64,000 nucleotides of DNA from a virus: IMG/VR virus record IMGVR_UViG_3300025151_000023, positions 1-64,000 of that record; one strand, written 5' to 3'. Below are positions 8,023-18,159 of this stretch, in pieces. The first letter of the stretch is position 1, and every line of letters starts with the position of its first letter. A model generated the notes under the pieces. It was not told the origin of the DNA. It ran no database searches and was given only the letters and a program-made list of their open reading frames with translations. A program made the position numbers and the translations under genes.

Positions 8023-8574
8023 TTATTGTGTGAATATATTGTTTAGAAAGTGTCTGGCATCTTCATGAGTTGAAGAGCGTACTAAACGTTTCCATAGCTT
8101 GCTTTTCATTTTGTAGTTTGCCCAAACCATTGGATCCCATGGTCGACACAACCAACCCCCTGTTCTACTCATTTCAGCGTCTAATTGACCATCTTGCCAC
8201 AATGAAAATCCAATCATAACTTTCCAGAATGTTGGCCCTTTTCCGTTTTTAATATCATTACATATTTGAGCATTAAATGTGATTGATGCAAATTCATTGA
8301 TAGGCTGTGTGCCTCTGTTACGATAATCGTTTGAATGCAGTATAGTTGCTCTATCAGTATTGACAGGCCCACCACAATATATCGGGCACTTGGGTAATAA
8401 TGGCATCTTGTATATGTGTGCTACTTGTTTGTAATCAATATTGGTAATTTGTTGATTGCACACAAATCCTGTGTTTGCAGTATGCATGCTGTCACCCATT
8501 ACTATTACAGAATAACGCCAAATTTCTTGATGTGACTGGTTCATTAACGCCGAAGCTAATAACAGTTCTGACAT
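8023..8574 (-). CDS. YqgE/AlgH (UPF0301) family protein (start revised to 8574)
   Basis: LLLASALM, RYSVI, GFVCN, YCGGPV, GFSLWQDGQLDAEM...GW; TAAATA-5nt-ATG. Confidence 0.8.
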   Translation of the reverse strand: MSELLLASALMNQSHQEIWRYSVIVMGDSMHTANTGFVCNQQITNIDYKQVAHIYKMPLLPKCPIYCGGPVNTDRATILHSNDYRNRGTQPINEFASITFNAQICNDIKNGKGPTFWKVMIGFSLWQDGQLDAEMSRTGGWLCRPWDPMVWANYKMKSKLWKRLVRSSTHEDARHFLNNIFTQ

Positions 8575-8620
8575 ACTCTTATTTAAAGGAATATAAATAT
8601 GTACATTAAACATTGACACT

Positions 8621-9505
8621 ATGAGTACATACAAAATATTATTAAGTAAAAATTCAGTAGCATCAACTACGGACGACAATGTTTCCTTGCATGATGATTC
8701 TACAGCTATGCCAGACACAGAGGTTACTTGTTGGGTAAATGATACTGTTCAAGTAGGACAAGCAACAGTAACAGATTCGGGCGGATGTATTATGTTCGAT
8801 TATGATATGCCAAAAGAAACTGTTAGAGCAAAAAACAGTATAACCATCACTACTAATGACGGTGACCCAACAGATGTTCATGTTGACTATATTATAATAG
8901 ATAACGACAACATTGTTGCTAGTCAGTATCTTTTTGAAACCAAAGTTTTCAAAGCAAAGTATGATACATCACCACGTAAGTATGCGGCCCCTTATTTTAA
9001 TCACAAAGACAGCACATATGTATGGTGGGGTGACATTTACAACAAAGATGGAACAAGAAATGATCAAGTTAAAAGGCATCGTCCACATCTTATTTCAGAT
9101 ACAGGACAACGCTGGGTATGGGAATTTTCTGTTACTGCAGATGGTTACTTGTATTGGGAACATCATGACTTAGCTAGTGCAACTTATGATTCAACTGCTT
9201 TTCCATATTGGTATGCGGCTAAGAGAACTTTTGAATATGACGACAGCACTGTGCTTCCTTTTGATAGTGCTATAAACTGGGATCCAAGTGACTCTGCACA
9301 TCAGCCAAGATGGCAAGGTCCAGGATGTTATGGTGGCGCAGGAGAATGGTTAGGAGTTTTCCAAGATTCATCTTTAGACACAGATTGGATAGACTCAACT
9401 GCAACTTTACTTTATACACAGGCTGAATGGGCTGACATGATGTATAATGCACAATATCTAACTGTTAGATTTGAACCTGTAGCAAAAACAGTTTCAGTAG
9501 CATAA
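8621..9505 (+). CDS. hypothetical, probably virion-associated, D-S(T)-rich protein
   Basis: Late-type TAAATA at 8594; acidic, beta-rich; nine DS dipeptides. Confidence 0.7.
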   Translation: MSTYKILLSKNSVASTTDDNVSLHDDSTAMPDTEVTCWVNDTVQVGQATVTDSGGCIMFDYDMPKETVRAKNSITITTNDGDPTDVHVDYIIIDNDNIVASQYLFETKVFKAKYDTSPRKYAAPYFNHKDSTYVWWGDIYNKDGTRNDQVKRHRPHLISDTGQRWVWEFSVTADGYLYWEHHDLASATYDSTAFPYWYAAKRTFEYDDSTVLPFDSAINWDPSDSAHQPRWQGPGCYGGAGEWLGVFQDSSLDTDWIDSTATLLYTQAEWADMMYNAQYLTVRFEPVAKTVSVA

Positions 9506-9561
9506 TAATTAGACTCAAAAAAATAAATTAGTATCTTGTAGAAAGATATATAGTATTACTG

Positions 9562-9598
9562 TTTGAGGCAACTCAAAGGCACATAAGGCACAAAGGCA
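9562..9598 (+). promoter_or_regulatory. leader hairpin plus AGGCA repeats upstream of dnaE-like gene
   Basis: TTTGAG-GCAA-CTCAAA GNRA hairpin; AGGCA at 9566, 9577, 9586, 9594. Confidence 0.5.
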
Positions 9599-9603
9599 AA
9601 TAC

Positions 9604-11295
9604 ATGGAAGACTCAAAGGCTCTAGAACAAATAGACAAATTGACATCGCGTTTCACACGCACTTGCCCTTCAACACAACAATATCAACAACGTTTAGCAG
9701 AAGAATTTGAAATCATACTCTCGCTTAGGTTCACTGACTACTTTTGTCAAATCCGAGATATATTAGATTTAAGCACAGACATACCTCACATGACTCGAGG
9801 ATCTGCAGGTTCATCTTTGGTGTGTTATCTTATGGGCATCACAGATGTTGATCCCATCCAGTGGGACATTCCTGTGGCAAGATTTCTTAATCCAAAACGT
9901 GACGACTTACCAGATGTAGATATTGATTATCCTCATTACAAACAAGAAGAAGTGATGAACAGAATCTTTAAGAATTGGCCTGGCAAGTCTGCAAGAATAT
10001 CAAACTATGTTTTATATCAAGACAAGTCAGCAAAACGTGAAGCGGCAAAAAGACTAGGATACAAAGGAAGACTGCCCAAGAAGTTCTCGTACGAATCATT
10101 AGGCATCGATCCTAAAGAGGCAAAACGAATAGAAAGCAAATTGAAAGGCAAAAAGAAATGTATATCAAAACACTGTGGAGGCATCTTAATGTTTACAAGG
10201 CAATTACCAAAATCTTTAATATCACAAACAAATCAAATTCTACTAGACAAAAACGAAGTAGAGGATTTAGAACATTTGAAGGTGGACATATTAGCAAACA
10301 GAGGGCTAAGTCAACTGTTGGACATAGACTCGAAAACAAAGTTATACGAATATCCAGAGATAGACAAGGCTACTTCGTCTTTGTTGAGTCGGGGAGACGT
10401 GTTGGGAGTAACTCAAGGAGAGTCACCAGCGATGAGAAGATTGTTTAGAGCTATTCGTCCTCAGTCTATGAAAGATTGTGTATTTGCTACAGCATTGATT
10501 CGACCAGTGGCTTTGCAAGGCAGGCGTAAAGCGGCCTTCTTTAATGATTGGACATCTGACAGAGTATCAGATGTAGTAGTGTGTGAAGATGATGCTATTG
10601 TGCAGATTGCAAAGTTGATTGGGTGTGACTATTATGAAGCTGATATGTATCGCAGAGCATTTGCTAAGAAAAACGAAGAACGAGTAATGGAGTTTATGAC
10701 TAGACTAGGAGACCATCCACGCAAGGATGAAATATTTTCAACATTACAAGAATTAAGTGGCTTTGGTTTGTGCAGAGCTCATGCAGTAAATTTAGGAAGG
10801 CTAATTTGGGCATTAGCATATCAAAAAGCACACAACATAAAAGGTTTTTGGTCAGCGGCACTTAAACATTGTCATGGCTCTTATAAACGCTGGGTGTATA
10901 AAACTGAAGCTAAAAGAGCCGGATTAACACCGGTTACTGTTTCTAAGTCTGACTTGTTTGACGATCCTGTTTGGCAATATAAAAAATATGGTTGGTGGTC
11001 CAACTCAAAATTCTTACCAGGATTTTACACTCGACATTTATATCTTGATCGTATTGAGTTTGCTGGATTAGTTGCAAACGGTAGAGTTTATAAATCAGGA
11101 AATAAAAAGTATGTTACGTTTGTAACACTTGGTATTGATAATGGATACTACATTGATTTAAGCATTGACAAACCATTTCCATATACAGAATATGATGTAA
11201 TACGTGGGATTGGTAGGATTAAACATTTAAACAATTCTGATTATGTAGAAGTTATTGAGGCAGAGCCAATGAGAATAGATAAATTTTATGATTAG
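9604..11295 (+). CDS. dnaE: compact family C DNA polymerase (Pol III alpha-like, PHP-less)
   Basis: RGSAGSSLVCYLMGITDVDP, PDVDID, KHCGG, KVDIL, GVTQGES, ALIRP, CRAHA, C-terminal OB-like region. Confidence 0.9.
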   Translation: MEDSKALEQIDKLTSRFTRTCPSTQQYQQRLAEEFEIILSLRFTDYFCQIRDILDLSTDIPHMTRGSAGSSLVCYLMGITDVDPIQWDIPVARFLNPKRDDLPDVDIDYPHYKQEEVMNRIFKNWPGKSARISNYVLYQDKSAKREAAKRLGYKGRLPKKFSYESLGIDPKEAKRIESKLKGKKKCISKHCGGILMFTRQLPKSLISQTNQILLDKNEVEDLEHLKVDILANRGLSQLLDIDSKTKLYEYPEIDKATSSLLSRGDVLGVTQGESPAMRRLFRAIRPQSMKDCVFATALIRPVALQGRRKAAFFNDWTSDRVSDVVVCEDDAIVQIAKLIGCDYYEADMYRRAFAKKNEERVMEFMTRLGDHPRKDEIFSTLQELSGFGLCRAHAVNLGRLIWALAYQKAHNIKGFWSAALKHCHGSYKRWVYKTEAKRAGLTPVTVSKSDLFDDPVWQYKKYGWWSNSKFLPGFYTRHLYLDRIEFAGLVANGRVYKSGNKKYVTFVTLGIDNGYYIDLSIDKPFPYTEYDVIRGIGRIKHLNNSDYVEVIEAEPMRIDKFYD

Positions 11296-12329
11296 GCTAA
11301 TTCGCCATAAATTAAAATACTAGTTCTAGGTTCATTACCTTCGTGGATAACACTGTGTGGGATATCAGCGGTGTTGACCATTAATGGATGTTCTAGAGGC
11401 AGTAGTCCGCTTCTGCCTAACTTAAACTGCACATCGTCGCTACCTTTTATAGCCCAATAAACTTTTTTACAACCTTTGATATAAGGGTAGCACTCTCTTT
11501 GTGTATGATCATCTCTGTGAATCATAAATCCATGTCCAGGTTTAAGTGTTTGTACAGAGATGTCTATCAATCTTTTATACCCTGAAGCAATCACTAAATC
11601 TTTTATTGATTGATATGGAATGTCGTCTATTTCAACAAATGGCAAATCCGACACACCATTCTTAAGTTGCTTAATTAACAATCCGTAGTCCTGTTCATCT
11701 GTTAATTTATTATTTCTCACTACACCGGAATCAAACCCCCATGGGCCTCCTGCCTTACAATAAGAATGATTTGTGCAAAACTTATCCAAATCTAATAGTA
11801 ATTGATCAACATCGATCTTTGGTAACTTCAACTTCAACCATGGTGCATCATCATGATTGTTTTTCCACCAGTGAGGCCCGTCACCATGATTAAAAAAACT
11901 TATCATCTTGTTATCCCAGCCTTCGTGAATCTTATGTGGCCGATTAACAGTTAACACATATTTTTCGAATAAGTTTTTTCCGTACTCACCGTTGTCTATT
12001 TCTTCATACAGTCGTTCTATCATCTGCCCTATGTCAGTGTGTATCCATATGCTAAAACAACAACCTTTATCCCATACTGCTGTTGCTGGTTGGTGTATTT
12101 GCCCTTGACCATCAGTGCAATACCCTGTATAGATAAATTGTCCTATGCTTGAGCCATTGATGCTTATATCTTCAATTTCTATACTTGTATCGACATATTC
12201 AACACACAGTTCGTACCATCCTGAATCTAATGGTTGGTCTTTGCCTAGTTTAATATTATGTTGTACATTAGACAAATCTTTTAGATAAACTTTTTCAATA
12301 ATATTGTTGCTTGTAATTGAAATAAGCAT
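11292..12329 (-). CDS. protein with C-terminal 2OG-Fe(II) oxygenase (Asp/Asn beta-hydroxylase-like) domain
   Basis: LKPG...IHRDD...PHSV...R. Confidence 0.65.
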   Translation of the reverse strand: MLISITSNNIIEKVYLKDLSNVQHNIKLGKDQPLDSGWYELCVEYVDTSIEIEDISINGSSIGQFIYTGYCTDGQGQIHQPATAVWDKGCCFSIWIHTDIGQMIERLYEEIDNGEYGKNLFEKYVLTVNRPHKIHEGWDNKMISFFNHGDGPHWWKNNHDDAPWLKLKLPKIDVDQLLLDLDKFCTNHSYCKAGGPWGFDSGVVRNNKLTDEQDYGLLIKQLKNGVSDLPFVEIDDIPYQSIKDLVIASGYKRLIDISVQTLKPGHGFMIHRDDHTQRECYPYIKGCKKVYWAIKGSDDVQFKLGRSGLLPLEHPLMVNTADIPHSVIHEGNEPRTSILIYGELA

Positions 12330-12331
12330 TA

Positions 12332-13738
12332 TTAATTTTTGTCTAAGTTTTGTATTAGCTGTTTTATTTTTGAACTTTCGATATCAGCTTTTACCTTACC
12401 AACATCATCACCTTGATATTTGTGATCCGGTTTGGCATCTTCAGTGACTGTTGAAGTTCTTTTTAGATTAGCGTATATAGATGGTGCTTGTTTTTTGAAA
12501 GATTGATATTCTTCGTCTTCGGCTAAATCTAATATTCGCAAAGTGTCAACATTAAATTCTAAATCAACTTTGTGACCAACGCCAGAACTAGATCTTGTTT
12601 TCATAAATTGTATTTGATACTTGCCACGTTCTCTCATTGCACGCGACGTAAAGATACCGATCACATTATCCGCAGTTTGTATTTTACTCAATCCACCACT
12701 AATGTGTGAATGATCAAATTCTATTTCTTCAACACTTGCTCTGTTCAATTGAGATGCTGTAATTAATATTGCATTTAGATCCACTGCTAAGTTTCTCAGT
12801 TCTTCTGATACATATTTGTCTTTTACAAACAAGTCACTTGGCGATACACGTTTGTTCATTGGCATCAGCAAGTCTAAGTAATCAATCAATACAACATCAC
12901 ATTTAATACTGTGCTGTATTTCAAATTCTTTAATGTAAGCTCTAACGTCAATAGCAGTAGCGCCACTTGGAATATATTTTATCCTAAATTGCCCTGCCTT
13001 TTTAGACTTCATCTTTACTTTAAGATCAACTGTGTCTAAATCTTTGTATATTTCCCTTGTTGGAGTTTCTGTCATCATTGCATCAATTCTCATCGCTGTA
13101 AGATTTTCACTTAACTCTAAAGTTATATACACACAGTTTAACCCTTGCTCTGCATAATTTACCGCTAAGTTTTGTAAAAACAAACTCTTACCTGCGCCAG
13201 AACCACCTGCAAAAATATTAAGTTCTCCTCTGTTAAAGCCACCAAACAGTTTTTTATCAAAGTTCTTCCAGCCAGTAGCAACAGTACCATTGTTGTCTTT
13301 CAGTGCTTGTAGTCTTGATTTTGGGTCTTCAAAATAGTCTGTACCCATGTCTTTTGTTAAGCCTACTTGAACAGCTCTTTTAATCTTTTCTTCAACTGAT
13401 CCATAATCACCTTTTTCTAACATATCAGCTGATGCTAATATTGCCATTTCTAATTCTTTGTGTCTTGCAAATCTTTCATATTCATCTAAGAACCAATCAA
13501 AATGTTTTGGATCAATGTCTGCGGCTGATTGTAATTCTGCACCTGTCTTTGCATTTACCATATCAACTTCAGGCAAAGTTTTATATTCTTGTGCATAATC
13601 ATATATGAACTTTGCCGCATCTCTTAAGTGTGCGTCATAGTGTCTGTACATGAAAATATTTTGTGCCCTAACAAATGATTCTGCATCTGCAAGGAACATT
13701 TCTAAAAATAGTTTTTGTAAGTCTTTTGTATATTCCAC
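12332..13738 (-). CDS. replicative DNA helicase (T4 gp41/DnaB-like)
   Basis: GGSGAGKS, YITLEL, LIDYLDL, TASQLNR, MKTR. Confidence 0.93.
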   Translation of the reverse strand: MEYTKDLQKLFLEMFLADAESFVRAQNIFMYRHYDAHLRDAAKFIYDYAQEYKTLPEVDMVNAKTGAELQSAADIDPKHFDWFLDEYERFARHKELEMAILASADMLEKGDYGSVEEKIKRAVQVGLTKDMGTDYFEDPKSRLQALKDNNGTVATGWKNFDKKLFGGFNRGELNIFAGGSGAGKSLFLQNLAVNYAEQGLNCVYITLELSENLTAMRIDAMMTETPTREIYKDLDTVDLKVKMKSKKAGQFRIKYIPSGATAIDVRAYIKEFEIQHSIKCDVVLIDYLDLLMPMNKRVSPSDLFVKDKYVSEELRNLAVDLNAILITASQLNRASVEEIEFDHSHISGGLSKIQTADNVIGIFTSRAMRERGKYQIQFMKTRSSSGVGHKVDLEFNVDTLRILDLAEDEEYQSFKKQAPSIYANLKRTSTVTEDAKPDHKYQGDDVGKVKADIESSKIKQLIQNLDKN

Positions 13739-13774
13739 GTTTATATTATATAACCTTTCGATTGGTTTGTCTTG

Positions 13775-14737
13775 TTAAATCCATAATTTTTCATTCAACT
13801 TTATTTTTGTGTTTGTGTCATATGTGTATTTCAATATCGCTTGAAATGTTAATATTTTACCATATCGAATAACTGCGTTATTGATATCTTTGACACCATC
13901 GCTCCACGGTGGCATGGACACGCTCCATCCCCATTCACATGCTTGGTTAATTAATTTTGATCCTGCTTTGTCTCTGTCAGGCACTACAATTACTTTTCGA
14001 TTCAATGCATCTATTTGTAACTTTTGCTTATTGCTAATTTCACTACCTAAAATTGCAACGCCATCTATCATTATTGCATCAAACACACCTTCTGTTAATA
14101 TAACATATTTGCGTGACCAATGTTGTGCGTCCAAGTTGAATAAAGATCCGGGTTGGACATTGGCATAGTATTTAGGTTTGGTATCCTGTTGGATAGCTCT
14201 TGCTACATATCCTATTTTAATTTTGTTCCACACAATAGGCACTATTATTCTGTTTGGCATTTCTTTACTAGAGTAATAAAAATTATAGTCAGTTGGACTT
14301 ACGCCACGTGTGTTCAAATAAGAAATATATTCTGGTTCTGTTGTTATAGATTTTGCATCTTGTGGAAATGATGCAGGGCTAAAATTAATTTGTTCATCAG
14401 TGGGTTTTGTTGTTGGAGATATCTCTTGTGCTAGTTTCATAGATTTCATACTTAACTTGCCAATCTCACTGCTGGAAACATTGAGCCATGTTAACAGTTT
14501 TCTAAATCTTGTGTTTAGATATCTTCCAGGGCGATAGCTTGTTTTGAATCCACAGTTGAAGCAATGATATTGTATAGCACCATCTGGCTGATACATCATG
14601 CCGCCACGTTGTCTTGAGTCATTGGTTTCGCCGTTGTGATGACAGCAAGGGGCATCAAATGATATCCATCCCGACGGTGTTTTTTTCCTTCTGGCTGGCA
14701 AATGTGACTCTAATGTTTGTCTGAGCTCTGTAAACAT
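13775..14737 (-). CDS. DNA primase (T4 gp61-like)
   Basis: Zn ribbon CC..YHCFNCG, Toprim EGVFDA, PDRD, KDIN. Confidence 0.9.
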   Translation of the reverse strand: MFTELRQTLESHLPARRKKTPSGWISFDAPCCHHNGETNDSRQRGGMMYQPDGAIQYHCFNCGFKTSYRPGRYLNTRFRKLLTWLNVSSSEIGKLSMKSMKLAQEISPTTKPTDEQINFSPASFPQDAKSITTEPEYISYLNTRGVSPTDYNFYYSSKEMPNRIIVPIVWNKIKIGYVARAIQQDTKPKYYANVQPGSLFNLDAQHWSRKYVILTEGVFDAIMIDGVAILGSEISNKQKLQIDALNRKVIVVPDRDKAGSKLINQACEWGWSVSMPPWSDGVKDINNAVIRYGKILTFQAILKYTYDTNTKIKLNEKLWI

Positions 14738-14752
14738 TTAGTTTATTATAAA

Positions 14753-15166
14753 CTAAAAAAACAATTTGTCAAAGCACCAAACGTAAAAATAGTAACAAGT
14801 AAAATGCAATATTTGATCAATAGCAGATATGATCCAAAACTTTTGATCGATAATTCCAACGTTGGCTTTCTTTAATATATGACTTTTCCGCCAGTCAATT
14901 AATAAGTGTAACCAAAAATCCAAAAATGCAAACAATACAAAACCATAAAATATTTCATTAGTTACATCTGTAAAAATTTTTAAGTAGACACTTACAAGCA
15001 AAAAAACAACAGCAGTTCCTATGGCATGATCTAACGCATGTAAAGTACCATTGGGGTGCCAAAATTGTAATTTAGATTTTGGTGGATATTTTAAAGCAAA
15101 CCTGCCTTGTAAAGCTAAATCACAAATAGAATGCTTCACTAGTAGCAAAAAGAAAATTGGCGACAT
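14753..15166 (-). CDS. DUF3307-like membrane protein
   Basis: KH..CD..LQ, H..DH, H..ID..K, DQ.LH with hydrophobic helices. Confidence 0.7.
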   Translation of the reverse strand: MSPIFFLLLVKHSICDLALQGRFALKYPPKSKLQFWHPNGTLHALDHAIGTAVVFLLVSVYLKIFTDVTNEIFYGFVLFAFLDFWLHLLIDWRKSHILKKANVGIIDQKFWIISAIDQILHFTCYYFYVWCFDKLFF

Positions 15167-15969
15167 TATGACCTGTATAATATTTTGTCTAGTCCTGCAA
15201 GTACAGTTGATGAATCATCTTGTGTTACAACAAAGGCTACACGTTTATGTATACCGGTAAAGTTAACTGGGTATCTTCCAGTAGCCGCACTATATTCTTG
15301 TCTATCTATCTGATAAAAGTCTGCTTGTTGTACTTCAGTTCCATATGATGCTCCGTCAGTCATTGTACCCATTATTTTAATTGAGCCTGTGAAGTTTGTC
15401 AAATAATATACTGCTGTGTGCAAAGCAGAATTTGAATTACGATTTGGTTTTGCATCCACCGAGCTAGATGAATGTTCGTCGCCTATAACATTGAACGAAG
15501 TAATAAGTTGTGATTCGATGAATTCTGGAGATGTGTCCCCAACAACTTCAAACTGTATAGCCGCATCATATCTAGTGTCTGCATATAATATTTTTACTGT
15601 GGAATCAGTATCAGTAAACTTCAGTACACCATGGTAAAATATTTGATCAAGTTTAAGCATGTCTGACTCAGTAAGTGTAAATTCAATGTGTCCTTTTGTT
15701 GTAGTAGTTGACCCATCATCGAGCACTGTGCCAACTTTAGTTAGAACTAAACTACCATTTTCGTCTGATATTTGTAAATCACAGCTTGTCCCGTCTACAA
15801 ATTGTTTCTTTTGATCTTGGTTTTTCACAACTACAGTAAACTTGTTGTCAAATTCTTTGTATAGTTTTATAGGTCGCTCGTACACTTTTTCATACCTTCT
15901 TTCAGTCCCAGATGTTTGTAATTGTACATCCAGTTGGTTTGTGAGATTATATCCAGTAATATATTGCAT
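15166..15969 (-). CDS. conserved phage structural-type protein (BppU/Ig-like)
   Basis: IKLYK..DN.F...VKNQDQK; beta-rich; TAAATA upstream. Confidence 0.6.
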   Translation of the reverse strand: MQYITGYNLTNQLDVQLQTSGTERRYEKVYERPIKLYKEFDNKFTVVVKNQDQKKQFVDGTSCDLQISDENGSLVLTKVGTVLDDGSTTTTKGHIEFTLTESDMLKLDQIFYHGVLKFTDTDSTVKILYADTRYDAAIQFEVVGDTSPEFIESQLITSFNVIGDEHSSSSVDAKPNRNSNSALHTAVYYLTNFTGSIKIMGTMTDGASYGTEVQQADFYQIDRQEYSAATGRYPVNFTGIHKRVAFVVTQDDSSTVLAGLDKILYRS

Positions 15970-16037
15970 GGCATTTACGTATATTTATGAAACCTTTATT
16001 TTACTTCAGCTCTCCTGATGGTAATAACTACTATAAA

Positions 16038-16409
16038 ATGACTGTGAAACTTGAAGAAATACAAAAAAACTACCCTTTCTTGTCTGTAATAAAAGTCGCT
16101 AACGAAGAACGAGTTGGCATAATACAGAACTGTGATCAACGTATTATAAGCATATACTGTTATGATTACATCCAAAAGCAATTACAACCATTGTTTTTAG
16201 AATATGGACGTGATTGGTGGTGGGAATCTAACAGAAAACTACCAGTCAACATGTTTATAGGTGATAAGTTTAAAGTATTTTCTAGTAGCTTAAGATCTTA
16301 TTCAATGAAGGAAACAGAAGTTGTTTTTGGGCCTATTACTAAGTTAAGTGATTTACTTAATGTCAAAAGACTAAGACGTAAAACAGTTCAGCTAATCAGA
16401 AAAGTTTAA
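16038..16409 (+). CDS. conserved phage hypothetical protein (start revised to 16038)
   Basis: WWWESNR.LP motif; TAACTA-7nt-ATG. Confidence 0.7.
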   Translation: MTVKLEEIQKNYPFLSVIKVANEERVGIIQNCDQRIISIYCYDYIQKQLQPLFLEYGRDWWWESNRKLPVNMFIGDKFKVFSSSLRSYSMKETEVVFGPITKLSDLLNVKRLRRKTVQLIRKV

Positions 16410-16955
16410 CAAGTTCATATGCACAACAACTGCCATTGCGTAAGACATGGCGTGTGCTTTTTTGAAATAATATTGTCCATCAGTAGGTTTTATCCATACT
16501 TCACTATGTATTTTGCTCCATTCACTATCAACCAAATATCTTTTGGCTGGACGTATGATAGCAAGACAACAAGCTATTTCTTCTACTGTTTTTGGTTGTA
16601 ACTTTGACACTACAGCAAAATGCCCATTTAAATGAAACAGTTGGTCAACAAAAGACTGATCATGCAATTTCTCCCATGGGGGATCTTTTGCTACCAGTTC
16701 TGCAAGATGTTTTCTAGTTTTAACTTGTGAGTAAATGCTGACGTTAAGCAAATCCAGTTTGAAGTATCCAAGTTGTTCAGCTACTTGATAATCAAGAGAA
16801 CATTGATTGTCATTTGGCATGGTTGGTGCTGTGGTAAAGTAAACGCCTGTGTTATGACTTTTGATTCCTTTTTTATCTATTATTGTTGCTCGTGTGTGAG
16901 GCAATGCATCAAGTATGTGTTGCCTATCTGCAAAATCTATATCAATATCAGGCAT
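16392..16955 (-). CDS. minimal Pol III alpha (DnaE) catalytic fragment
   Basis: MPDIDIDF, HNTGVYF, YFKLDLLN, LAIIRP, FKKAHAMSYA; TTTACA-17-TATACT promoter 7 nt upstream. Confidence 0.85.
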   Translation of the reverse strand: MPDIDIDFADRQHILDALPHTRATIIDKKGIKSHNTGVYFTTAPTMPNDNQCSLDYQVAEQLGYFKLDLLNVSIYSQVKTRKHLAELVAKDPPWEKLHDQSFVDQLFHLNGHFAVVSKLQPKTVEEIACCLAIIRPAKRYLVDSEWSKIHSEVWIKPTDGQYYFKKAHAMSYAMAVVVHMNLLNFSD

Positions 16956-16994
16956 TGTTTTTAGTATACAATATTTTGTTAATTTTGTAAATCT

Positions 16995-18158
16995 TTAACC
17001 ATTTAGCTTTTTATATATCATCCACCAATCAGGACGAGTGTGCCATAAATTAACACCGCGTGTTTGCTTAAACCATTTTTCTCTTTGTAAAACTTCTTGT
17101 GCATATTTGGTTTTGAATTGGTTATATTTTATAGCATTTTTTATATTACGTGTATATTCTTTTTCCAATCTAGTATTGTTCAACATAAGTCCTAATTGTT
17201 TTTCTAATATTTCTACAGGCACATTATTTAGATCCCAACATGGGTTATCGCCAATTGGCATAAGAGTATAATAAGCTCTGCACTTATCGAATGTGTCATT
17301 TGTTTTTTGTATGAAGTCTGATAACAATGTACTTTGGTCTAAGTTAGCTAGTTGATGTACTATGTTTAAATTTAACGAGAATCCATATTTCCTATTCATA
17401 GAAAGATATTTGCAAATCTCTCTAAAGTTTTTTTCTGTAGTTGACCACTCTCCGTGATATCTAATTGCATTGTATCTATCACCTATTGCATCAATGCTTA
17501 AACCAATTATTATGTTTTCAAACTTTGCTATTTCTCTCCAAAATTTTTCATTGAAGATTGTTGCATTACTTGTTACTTGCACTTGTAATTTTCTTTTTCT
17601 ATCATCAGGTATTTGTTCTAACATTGCTTGGAAACCTCTTATCAATTGAGGTTCTCCACCTTGCAGTTGTAATTCTTGTAATGATTCTACATTTGCTAAT
17701 TGAACAAGTTTATTGATGTTTGTTTCTTCGTCTATCCAATTATAATTCTTGCCTTCTGTTTTAGATAGTTCCCATGGACGTTGCTCCATTTGTACTAAAG
17801 AAGACAGATCGGCATAACACATTCTACAAGCTAAGTTACACAATCGTCCACCAACTATGTGCAGTAATTTTAAGTTAGGTACATCTGGTGTATAATTTGC
17901 CCCGTTATCGTTTGTCCTTAAACTCCATTTACCTTTAGATTCGTTGACCCAACATACTGTACATCTGTTATCTGCATGTCCGCTGTTTAAGTTATCTCTT
18001 AGTTGTGTTTGTGTCGAGTTGTTGTAAAACCAATCGATTGGATCATCGATGTCTGAAAGTCTATCTTTTGCGTCTTTGATAAAACAACAAGGCGCTAGAT
18101 ATCCTTGTGAGCTTATGAATAAATGCTCCTGTGCTGGTTTACAAAAAGTATTGGACAC
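16995..18158 (-). CDS. radical SAM protein with N-terminal SPASM/twitch-like Cys cluster (GTG start ~18158)
   Basis: CNLACRMC, GGEP, TSNAT, LSID; N-terminal C..PCC..CTVC. Confidence 0.85.
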   Translation of the reverse strand: MSNTFCKPAQEHLFISSQGYLAPCCFIKDAKDRLSDIDDPIDWFYNNSTQTQLRDNLNSGHADNRCTVCWVNESKGKWSLRTNDNGANYTPDVPNLKLLHIVGGRLCNLACRMCYADLSSLVQMEQRPWELSKTEGKNYNWIDEETNINKLVQLANVESLQELQLQGGEPQLIRGFQAMLEQIPDDRKRKLQVQVTSNATIFNEKFWREIAKFENIIIGLSIDAIGDRYNAIRYHGEWSTTEKNFREICKYLSMNRKYGFSLNLNIVHQLANLDQSTLLSDFIQKTNDTFDKCRAYYTLMPIGDNPCWDLNNVPVEILEKQLGLMLNNTRLEKEYTRNIKNAIKYNQFKTKYAQEVLQREKWFKQTRGVNLWHTRPDWWMIYKKLNG

Positions 18159-18159
18159 A

